Virus record (IMG/VR): IMGVR_UViG_3300031344_000002
Location: 154,382-218,381 of that record
DNA: 64,000 nt
Strand: one strand, 5' to 3'
Part shown: positions 33,868-43,646 of the stretch, piece after piece
How the letters are laid out: each line of letters starts with the position of its first letter
How positions within the stretch are numbered: position 1 is the first letter of the stretch
Program-made: the position numbers and the translations under genes
The notes under the pieces: generated by a model
Told to the model about the DNA's origin: nothing
Database searches by the model: none
Seen by the model: the letters and a program-made list of their open reading frames with translations, nothing else

Positions 33868-35895
33868 ATGAATGTTAATGAAATAATTAATGAACTTCTT
33901 ATAAAAGAAACGGAATTAATTGAAAAATGTCATTCACTTGAATTAGAAAATATTAAATTAAAAACAGAAAATGATGACATGAATAAATTTTGCGAACATC
34001 TGTTTTCTGAAATAGATTTTTTAAAAACAACAACAACAAAAATCCCTGTTCCACAAACTGTTTCAAATGAATTAGTTGTTCCTCACCCTCAAATAATTAT
34101 TAAAAATAATGAATATAATCAATTGCTTAATGATTATGGTGAAAATAAAAAAGAAGAAGTACTTATTGAATTATTTGATAAATTTCCTAATAAATATAAT
34201 TATATTTTAGATGAAATAAGAGATATCCTTCCTGAAAATATTAATGAATTAGCTCAAAAATATAATTTTGAAAAGGATTTGGAATTACTACTTAAATCAA
34301 ACAAATTAATTAATAAAAATGATAAATTTGAAATAAATACGCCAGATGAATTAGTAAAAAAATATGTTCATGGTTTTAATAAAAATAATAAAAAGACTGC
34401 ATATCGTTATTTAAAACAAGCATTATTATTTTTTCCTTTAACATATAAAGAACAATTTTTAGATAAAATTCAAGTATTCGAAGATTACGATAAAAAATTT
34501 GAAGAAATATTTAATGAATTATATGGGGAAAATAATGACGCAAAAATTCAAACAATTAATAAGTTTCATATTGACTATACCAAAGAAACAATCGTTAATT
34601 TAATTAATATAACAAAAGACAAAGCCAATCCAAGACAACGTGCATTATTGGTCGTTGAAATGTTAAGAAAAAAATTAAGACCAGAATCCGATATCAATCA
34701 ATTTAAAGAAGGAATAAATAATGAATTAACCAAAAAAATTTAAAACATGAAAACTAAAACCATCGATGTGGTTATAACCACCTATAATTTTTTAAATGAG
34801 TTATTTTTATTAACAAATACTTGCCCTATTTTATTAACAGATTATAAATTAAAACCATATAAAGCTAAAATATTAAAATATTCATTAGAATTAAAAAATC
34901 TTAATATTCTTGAAAATATAAATGAAAAGGAAATTCTATGGATTGGTAATAATATTCCGCCTACAATTGAATTGGCGTATAATTTCCATTGTGCTATTAT
35001 GAAAAATTCAAAAACTTTTTCGGATATAAAAAATGTTATAGAAAATCCAGAAAATTATAGTATTTCAGAATTAAGAGAAGCTATTGAACTTAATAGCTTA
35101 TATGAAAATGAAACAAATAAAGGATTTGTTAATAATCAAGAAGAAGGTGATTTAGCTGATAACATATCTTTAACAGAGGAAAATAAAGAAATTATTAATT
35201 TAATTAATAATTCTGATTATACTATAGCACAAATGTTGCGGAATAAATATGCTCCAGATGTTGAATTGGACACATATAAAGCAAGAATTAAAAAAAGAGT
35301 TCAAAGACTAAGAAAAAAAAGTTTAGATTTATTGGAAAACGTTCAAGAAACCAAAGAAATTGAATTTCCATTTACAGAAGAACCGATAACAATAACAATG
35401 TTTTCAAAAGAATATAAAGAACTTAATGAAAAGTTTTTAAAATTAGAAAAAGAACATCAAGAACTTAATACAAAATATCTTTTTTCTGTAGAAGAAAAAA
35501 AGTTATTAGAAAAATCGATTGAAAAGAATAAAAACATTACTGATAATAGTGGTGGTAATAATAATGAAATGTTTGAATCTATGGGTATAATTGTTAAACT
35601 TTTAGATTTAATAACTAAAGATACGTGTAAACTTGATAAACTTGAACCATTACAAGGGTCGTTTCGTAAGGTTATTGGTATGCTTACTACAATTCAAATG
35701 AATAGTGTACAACAATCAAGGATTCTTTATTCAATCCTTATGGATATGCAATTAGATTTTAATGGTACTAATATTCATGAAGGAATTTCTAATCGTAAAC
35801 AGAATATTGAAAATGCGCTTCGAATTTCAGATGAATTAATTAAACATAATGATAGTGTCGCTCATTATCTATATAATGGGAAAAACAATAATTAA
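33868..35895 (+). CDS. Two large helical hypotheticals (33868..34743; 34747..35895)
   Basis: 291 and 382 aa, coiled-coil-like segments. Confidence 0.75.
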
Positions 35896-35898
35896 AAT

Positions 35899-36807
35899 AT
35901 GGAAAAGAATGATGCATTAATATATGGTGTAAAATCAAATAATAAATTTCATTATATTGGTAAAACCATCAAGAAAATAAAAAATGATAATGGTACTATA
36001 AACAATTCTAAAATTAATGTACAGTATCATAATTTATCTTTACGTGATATATTTAAAAATTATAAAAATGTTAGTGTCGAACCTATAATTCTTGTTCCAG
36101 AAAACAAATGGTATTCAGAAAAACTTAGAGAAGTGGTTGAACATAATGAACATCCACTTGTAAATGCTAAATGGATGCTTGAAGGCAAAAATGGGTATTG
36201 GCAGGGCAAAAAAAGAGATGCCAATACATTATTAATGCTATCACAAAGTAAATTTAAACAATTCGTAGAATACGATAAAAATGGACAATTAAAGAAGATA
36301 TGGAAAAGTGGGAAGGAAATTGGAATAAAAATCTTTAAAGATTATGAAATTGTTAATGGAAGTGGTTCAACAAAATTATATCAAATTACTTTAAATCCTT
36401 CAATAAAAAAAAGATTTAAATTTAATTCATATTGGTTTAAATTGGATGAACTTATTATACATTTTAATGGAATTCCGGAAAAACTTAATATACAAAGTAT
36501 AATTAAAAAAGAAAACGAAAATCGAAGATTAAAAAGAGAAAATGAAAAGGAAAGTAGAAAGCAAATGGGAATTTATAATGCTAAAAGATATTCTGTTGTA
36601 CGTTGCGAAATAACCACTGGAGATGTAATTACAATATATAAAAATGTAAATGAAGCAGCATATAAACTTAAATTATGTATTCAAACCATAAGACGTTTAT
36701 GTACTGGTAAAAAAATCAAACCAGTTGGTTTTATATTAAAATATGGTGAAAAAATATCACAACCAAAAAATATTTCCTATCCTAAATCAATACATAGTTC
36801 AAGTTGA
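35899..36807 (+). CDS. Divergent GIY-YIG endonuclease with NUMOD1-like domains
   Basis: LIYGV...HYIGKT; VEYDKNGQLKKIWKS..E; YKNVNEAA..L...I..LC.GK. Confidence 0.6.
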   Translation: MEKNDALIYGVKSNNKFHYIGKTIKKIKNDNGTINNSKINVQYHNLSLRDIFKNYKNVSVEPIILVPENKWYSEKLREVVEHNEHPLVNAKWMLEGKNGYWQGKKRDANTLLMLSQSKFKQFVEYDKNGQLKKIWKSGKEIGIKIFKDYEIVNGSGSTKLYQITLNPSIKKRFKFNSYWFKLDELIIHFNGIPEKLNIQSIIKKENENRRLKRENEKESRKQMGIYNAKRYSVVRCEITTGDVITIYKNVNEAAYKLKLCIQTIRRLCTGKKIKPVGFILKYGEKISQPKNISYPKSIHSSS

Positions 36808-36823
36808 ATTAAAAACTCTTTAC

Positions 36824-36856
36824 TGTTTATTATACTAATACGCAAGGTAATTACAA
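36824..36856. repeat. 33-bp element, copy 1 (inverted copy at 55447-55479)
   Basis: TGTTTATTATACTAATACGCAAGGTAATTACAA; 32/33 identical to the reverse complement of 55447-55479. Confidence 0.9.
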
Positions 36857-36906
36857 TGAATATTATCAGGACAATAATCTGGACATTTAATGTCCGGATT
36901 TATTTT

Positions 36907-37338
36907 TTAATACTTCCAATTTGGTGGTTGTTTCTTAAACTTTTTAAAATACATTTCATCCAATTTATCAAGTAAGCCAAAACACCTATTCTTTAATAAA
37001 TTATAAGGATGATGAATTTTTTCATAGTGGTCTAACCATAGTTGTCTGGCTAATTGTGGCGAATGTCTGTATTGTTTGAAATACATTTCTTTCATCCTAT
37101 CTTCAATCTCAAATGCTGGCATAGATAATCTTCCCACATAATCCAACGCCCTTATTATTTCTTCATATACAGTGGTGTGGATATTACCATCAATTGATTT
37201 TTCTGTTTTTAATTTTTCGATTTTTTGTTTTAAATTTTCAATAAAATCCGTTGCTTTGCTTAATTCATTACTATGATTTGGTAGGTTAAAATCATATGTT
37301 ATAAATTCTTCTTCTTTTAATTCTTTTAGTTCTTGCAT
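36907..37338 (-). CDS. Hypothetical protein
   Basis: 143-aa ORF, first of the minus-strand block. Confidence 0.7.
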   Translation of the reverse strand: MQELKELKEEEFITYDFNLPNHSNELSKATDFIENLKQKIEKLKTEKSIDGNIHTTVYEEIIRALDYVGRLSMPAFEIEDRMKEMYFKQYRHSPQLARQLWLDHYEKIHHPYNLLKNRCFGLLDKLDEMYFKKFKKQPPNWKY

Positions 37339-37443
37339 GTTCTATAATTGCTAAACACTTCCAGTTATTTTTTGCAATTTAATATACATGTTTTATATTA
37401 AATTGCTATACAAATATATGAAATAAATGCGAAATTAAAAAAG

Positions 37444-37470
37444 AAAACCTCATAAATATTATGAGGTTTT
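37444..37470. terminator. Intrinsic terminator-like hairpin
   Basis: AAAACCTCATA-aatat-TATGAGGTTTT. Confidence 0.6.
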
Positions 37471-37503
37471 TATTATTACATTTAAAGATTGAATTTCACT
37501 AGT

Positions 37504-37986
37504 TTATTGGTTCACATTCTTTTCTGGTAAATCTTTTTCACTTAAAACATATACTGTTACTGGCACAGTAATAATTTCTTCAATTATTTTCTCAATTACA
37601 TTCCAATCTCCCCCGGCAAGACCTGCCCCGATTTTCGGCATATGTATTGTTGCACCAGTACGATATGCCATGTCATTAACGATATTTAAACAAGTACGTA
37701 CTGCATTATAATTTATTGGTGAATTATTTTCTGCAGAACGAATACCATGTTGTGCAATCATATTTGCAACAACAATATCGTTTTCTACACGAACAAAATC
37801 AACAAAACCAAGAATATATTTCTTTTTTAATCTATATGCAACTTCAGGCATTTTCCATTTTTCACTAAGGGCAACCACGAAACCCAATCCCCAAAACCCT
37901 AAATCATTGCAAATATGTGGGATAAGTTTATTACCATCACCTTGTGGTTGTGTTGCATCGCCTACTATATAAGTTATCTTTGTCAT
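37504..37986 (-). CDS. Macrodomain protein (Poa1p/TARG1/DarG-like)
   Basis: YIVGDAT...PHICND.G.WG.GFV..L...IHMPKIGAGLAGGDW..IE.II. Confidence 0.88.
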   Translation of the reverse strand: MTKITYIVGDATQPQGDGNKLIPHICNDLGFWGLGFVVALSEKWKMPEVAYRLKKKYILGFVDFVRVENDIVVANMIAQHGIRSAENNSPINYNAVRTCLNIVNDMAYRTGATIHMPKIGAGLAGGDWNVIEKIIEEIITVPVTVYVLSEKDLPEKNVNQ

Positions 37987-37987
37987 A

Positions 37988-39234
37988 TTATTTTTTTCCT
38001 AAATCGCCTAATATTCTTATTTTTCCTTCAGGTATTTTTTCATCTGGTTGTTTAGAAAACATAATATCATCAATATGTTTCCAAATATTCCACTGATTTT
38101 CAAATTTAAAATAAAATTCATTAAATTTTTCGGTTAGTGTATAATCACTAATGTTTCTTTCACCATCTGAATTTGGTGATTCAATGAGATAACGATGATT
38201 CAATTTTAAAGTATCCATAATTAATTAAATTAAATTTTTTGAATGTAAAACTAATAAATATTATTGAAATAAACTAATTTTTCATTATGTTTATTATGTT
38301 TTATTATTTAAGAACCTAACAATCTTTTCTAATAATTCATCACCTTCTTTTTTAGACAAGAAAGAGCATAAGACAAGTCTTTCATTTTCCTTGCCATTAT
38401 CATCAATAACTATCTTTGCTATTGGTGTACTACTCCATTTACGCTTATCTCTGGATATTCTGTACATTATTATTTATTTAAATTATACCACTTAATAAAT
38501 TCAACAACTGATTTCCATGCAGGGATAATTTCAACTATAATGCTCATATTTCTTACTCCGCTAGTTTGTTCGGGATAGGCAAGACTATATTTAGCAATTT
38601 CATCGATGACAGGTTTTAACCAATCCCATGATGAATGAAATTTAAAATCATCTACTGTACATTTGTTGCTATATCCTTGATGCCAAAAAGGAGGTAATGG
38701 ATTTGATTTTGATTTGTTAATATAAATATCACCAGCCTTAACAAAACCCATGAATTCAGCTATTAATTTATTATTTTCAATTATTATTTGATTATCCATG
38801 TTTAGTTATTATTTAGATTGATTTATATAATTTTCAATACAATTAATTATTTTTTCGGCAATAAAACCTAAAGCACAAATTAAAACAATTAATGTCAGTA
38901 CTTTTAATGTTGCTATTATTGTTATCATAATATAATATTAATTGTTAAATTCAATTGTTGCTTGTTTATATGGTTGTTGTTCTTCCAGATATTTTTCAAT
39001 TGCTTCAATATATTTAAGTTGAACATCAATAGTGATACCTATAATATAATTCTTATAACCAATTGAACTGGCTTTAATAATTGTACCATCATCTGCATGA
39101 CGTGTTACCGATGCTTCTGGATTTTGTTTACAGAGTTCTAAAAGCCTATCAGATATGCGCATATTTAATGCTTTAACTTTATTCTGCAAGTCTTGATATT
39201 CTTTACGATATTCTTTTACTGTTTTACGTTCCAT
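37988..39234 (-). CDS. Small hypotheticals (37988..38218; 38470..38799; 38938..39234)
   Basis: Co-oriented ORFs. Confidence 0.6.
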
Positions 39235-39284
39235 TATATTATGTTTTTATTTATTATACGAAAATAAAATAAATATGTTACAAA

Positions 39285-39312
39285 AAACCCTGTATATTAT
39301 TGTACAGGGTTT
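39285..39312. terminator. Terminator-like hairpin
   Basis: AAACCCTGTA...TACAGGGTTT downstream of rIIB-like gene. Confidence 0.6.
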
Positions 39313-39332
39313 AAAATCAGAGAAACACAATA

Positions 39333-40589
39333 TTAATCTTTAATCATATTAATACCATCTAAGTCCACAATTCTTGACTCAATCATTTTCATTAATTCAG
39401 TCATTGGTCTTGTTTCTTCTTCTGCATTAATTGCGGTTTCGATTGGTAATTCATTGGCTTTGATAAGAGCAATTTGCTTTTCTAATTCTTCAATTTCGTA
39501 GGCACAATAATCGTCTTCATAGTAAGGCAACTCAATAATATCAATTTTTCCGTCAGTATATGTAGCCATTCCATAAGGAAAATAGGAATTTACCCTCATT
39601 TTAGTACACTCACTTTTTGGTACTGAAATTACATTTGCCGGATTAACAAGACAAACTAGAATTACTGAACCACTATCTGCGTAACTACTTACATATGAGG
39701 TACATCCAACATGTAACCCAAAAGAACAGTCTTCATCTGGACTGCCATTACATTCTTTTCTTTCCATATGAACTGGTACACCAAGTTCAATATTCATTGT
39801 TTGACTATACATATCAGTATACTTTGCAGTAGCTTCAGTGCTTTCTTTATCTTCACTATTAACGATAGCAGAGAATAATTCACCGAGTTTACCAAGTATT
39901 TCAACACCCTTTTCTTTTTCATTCCAATTTTCAGCAGTTTCAATTTTGGTTATTTGATAAGTGAAATCTTCAAAATCCATATCATCAATTTCACCATCTT
40001 CAGCATAAGTTTTCTGAAAATCTTTATATACTACATATTTATTCGGAGAGCATTTCCAATCTTTCTTAACGTGTAACGCTTGATTGGTAACAAATTCTTC
40101 AAATGTATTGTCTTTTTCTTCACCATTCTTACGATAAACTGCTTTGTAAACGACCATGTAACCTTTGTCGGTTAAAACGAAGTCATGGGCGGTGATAAAA
40201 TCAAAAAGACTTGTACGAACTCTCACATCGGGATTAATCATTAATAATTTCCAGAAATTAATGATTGCATCTAAAGGATATCCATTTTCATGGTATTCTT
40301 TAATGGTATCAATGAGAACCATTGGTAAGGGTGTATTAAACCCTGCAAGATATACTTCACCACTTTCGCTATCAGCTTCCAAACCAGCCATCATTGCAAT
40401 TCTTGTTTTTTCATTAAGGTATGAACGAACCTTTTTAATATTTTCATCAGTGGGATTTTCTTTTGCTATTAGAACTAATTTAAATAGTTCATTTGCTTCT
40501 TCAGGACTACCACAATTCTTTTTATGAAGTTTTCCATCTATTGATAGATTTACTACATTCCCGGTCTTGATAGCATTAATGTTTTTCAT
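39333..40589 (-). CDS. rIIB: rIIB-like protein
   Basis: AIINFWKLLMINPD...LFDF...LTDKGYMVVYKAV; CSFGLHVG..SY; LVNPANVISVP. Confidence 0.8.
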   Translation of the reverse strand: MKNINAIKTGNVVNLSIDGKLHKKNCGSPEEANELFKLVLIAKENPTDENIKKVRSYLNEKTRIAMMAGLEADSESGEVYLAGFNTPLPMVLIDTIKEYHENGYPLDAIINFWKLLMINPDVRVRTSLFDFITAHDFVLTDKGYMVVYKAVYRKNGEEKDNTFEEFVTNQALHVKKDWKCSPNKYVVYKDFQKTYAEDGEIDDMDFEDFTYQITKIETAENWNEKEKGVEILGKLGELFSAIVNSEDKESTEATAKYTDMYSQTMNIELGVPVHMERKECNGSPDEDCSFGLHVGCTSYVSSYADSGSVILVCLVNPANVISVPKSECTKMRVNSYFPYGMATYTDGKIDIIELPYYEDDYCAYEIEELEKQIALIKANELPIETAINAEEETRPMTELMKMIESRIVDLDGINMIKD

Positions 40590-40705
40590 TTTAATTTTTT
40601 TATGTTAATAAATTATGTTTCTCTAAATTCTATGTAATAATACGGAATAAATTTAGTAATGTTACAAAATTACTTAATTATTTTATTCTATATTAGTAAC
40701 TAATA

Positions 40706-41040
40706 TTAATAACCTTTACAATGTCTTAAAAAAGAATACAATTCCGGGTCTTCAATTTTTGCATCATTAAAATTTGCAAAACTTTGTCTTATCACAGCTT
40801 CAATTGCTTTTTATCAATATCTGTTGTAGCTTGTGTCCATTCATAATGAAACTTTACCAGTTCCTGACGTTTACCTTCAACATAGCTTTGTGTTTGTTCA
40901 AATACAGTTCTGTTCGCATTCTGTTGTGCTTTACCAACTGTTTTGGTATAACCAACACCTAAATATCCCAATCCAAAAGCTATTCCAATCATTATTGCTG
41001 TTCCTAGAACAACAAATAATATCCATTTAATTATACTCAT
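40706..41040 (-). pseudogene. Membrane-anchored protein with 1-nt frameshift in an A-run
   Basis: Adding one base to the 5-T run at ~40808-40812 extends ...DIDK into KAIEAVIRQSFANFNDAKIEDPELYSFLRHCKGY*. Confidence 0.6.
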
Positions 41041-41044
41041 ATAT

Positions 41045-41626
41045 TTATTCTTTTACGTTTATGGTGCAAATATTATCCGGTAATGGAAATGGTACAACAG
41101 TAATTTTAGGTTCTATATACAGAGGACATGGATTACCCGTTTTAGGATTTACTAGTAAAACCCAAGTACCTTCTGCACTAGCAGGAGAAAATAATCCATT
41201 TGGGTCGGCTTGTGGTAAGGTAATATAACCTTGTGCATAAAGTCTTTCTATTTTTTGCGGATTAGTAAATTGTGTTGCATAAGGTATTGGGAAACCAATA
41301 CATTTACCAATATAAGAAAACTTACCAGTTACTTCAGAAAAAACATAGGCATAATTTAAAATCTTGTTGTTATCTCTGAGTTCATAAATCCATTTAAGAG
41401 TTTGTTTTTCTTGAAAATTTACAATAGCTGGCATTCCAATTTGACGTGTTCCTTCTTGCAAAATCTTTTCTTGTTGTTCTTTTTGAATTTGGTCAGAATT
41501 TGGTGATTCATCACAACTAACACCTAAATATCCTAAACCCAAAATAATTCCAATCATTGTTAAAAAATAAAATAATTTTTTCATAATTTTTAATATTTTA
41601 ATTGTTAATAATATATTTATGTGCAA
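41045..41626 (-). CDS. Putative lipoprotein
   Basis: Basic N-terminus, hydrophobic stretch, LGVS-C lipobox-like. Confidence 0.6.
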   Translation of the reverse strand: MHINILLTIKILKIMKKLFYFLTMIGIILGLGYLGVSCDESPNSDQIQKEQQEKILQEGTRQIGMPAIVNFQEKQTLKWIYELRDNNKILNYAYVFSEVTGKFSYIGKCIGFPIPYATQFTNPQKIERLYAQGYITLPQADPNGLFSPASAEGTWVLLVNPKTGNPCPLYIEPKITVVPFPLPDNICTINVKE

Positions 41627-41666
41627 TATTACGAATAATATTTAATAATGTTACAAAATTACTTAA

Positions 41667-43179
41667 TTATTTTTTAATTAATAATAGTCCTTGATATAAA
41701 CCTTCTTCTAATGCTTCTTCATGAGTATCAAAATACGTATCATCTTCACTCTCTTCTAATATCTTATCAGAAATTAAAGTATAATCGTATGTATCATCAC
41801 TATAAAGTTTTACACATAAATGTATGTCATGTACTTCTCTTAACCATTTTTGTAACAATGCCTGTGTAGGTGCTAATACATAGTTTTCATAAATTCCTGA
41901 TATTGAACACCATCTTTCTAATTCGTTATTATGATAACAAAGTTCACAACCATTAAATTCTTTAAAACCTAATTCATGTGCTAATACAGCTATTTTCTCT
42001 GAAATTAATTCTTCCCTCATAATTCTTTAATTAAAGTAAGTGCCTGATATAAACCTTCTTCTAATGCTTCTTCGTAACTTTTATATCCAGCAAAACTTCC
42101 TGTTAAATGATTATATTCTTCATTACATTGGGTTAAATCAAATAATTGATAATTCCAATTTAAATCATCATTATTTAATGCTATATGAATATTATGTTTC
42201 TCTCGTAACCAACGTTGTAATAAATTTTGGGTTGGACAAGCTAAAGTGGTTTTATTATTATATACACCCTCTGGTTCATACCATAAATTATCCTTTTTAT
42301 TGTTAGCAAAAGATTTACCATAATAATTGGTACATTCTTCTCCAAATTTTATCTTTTTTGCAAGTATGGCTGTTTTAAATGTTACTGATTCGTCCCTCAT
42401 AAGTTATTTAATTAAATTAAGTGCAGCTTGTAAACCTAATTCTAAAACTTCTTCATAACTTCTTTCAATATCATCATCAAAATTACTTTCTATATATCCC
42501 ATTACATTTTCCACAACCCAATTCCATTGACCACAAGAATTTTCAACATAAACCAATTGTTTTTTATTTGTTGGTAATTCTCTTAAATATTTTTGAAGTA
42601 AACTCTGGGAAGGTGCATAATATTCGATTAATGTAGATTCTTCTTTTGCAGTAATATTACAATTACTAAGAGTTAATTCTCCATTTTGATAAGACATTAC
42701 ACAATATTCATTAAACCCTATTTTTTCTTTAGCAAGTTTAGCAGTTTCCAGTGAAATTATTTGTTCTTCCATAATTATTTAATTAAATTAAGAGCTAATT
42801 CTAACCCAAATTCGAGTGCTTCTTCATATGTGGGATATTCGCCATTATCACCATACATAGAAGTGCATTTATCATGATTTTCACAATCTTCTAATTCGGG
42901 TGCATAACAAAGAACTTGAACACAATAATTAATTCCTGTTGTGTAAAATTCTGGTTGAATTATAACATGAAGATTATGCACTTCTCTTAAATATTTTTGT
43001 AAAAAACTCTGAGTACAAGCTGCATAATATTCTCCATCATAATTAAAATCTATTCTACGTGTTCCATCTTCTAAATATGGTAAAATAGAATTAAAACTAT
43101 CTGAATAACCATCGTTATATTTTATTCCTACCGCTTTTGCAAGTTTGGCAATCTTAAACGAAATTAATTGTTCTTTCAT
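41667..43179 (-). CDS. Four tandem paralogous hypotheticals (41667..42020; 42017..42400; 42404..42772; 42775..43179)
   Basis: Shared IS...A.LA...G / PTQ.LLQ.WLRE.H..H / YEEALE.GL..AL.LIK. Confidence 0.85.
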
Positions 43180-43646
43180 AACTAATTATATTTTTTACAA
43201 ATTTAAATAAATTTTCGTTCATCTGCAATATTAATCTGAATTTAATTCCTCTTTAAATTCCTCAATATTTTCTAAAAAATCTTTATATGTAAAAAATTTA
43301 AAACACCAAATAAATGTTAATATTGCACAAAACAAATATAATAGGTCTTTTAAAAAAAGTAAAATAAACAAAAATATGTATTTCATAGTATTAATTTTTA
43401 ATTAGAATTATTTGTTAATTTTATGTCCGCACATTTCACATCCGCTATTTCCTATTGGAAATATACTGCACTTTTCTGGCATTCTTCTTAATCTACATTT
43501 ATTTATTATATCTACGTTAACTGGTTCAGATATTTCAATAATATAATCTTTTTTTAAATCTCTAAGTTTAGTTAAAACCAAATGATGATTTTCTTTTAAC
43601 CATGCTTCAAAATCATTATCAATGAAAAGATTTTCCATAATCAATT

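Noticed and set aside
36824-36856. 33-bp element as a dif (XerCD) site
   Set aside because: One half loosely resembles a XerC arm, but there is no XerD arm (TTATGTTAAAT-like) or 11-6-11 symmetry.
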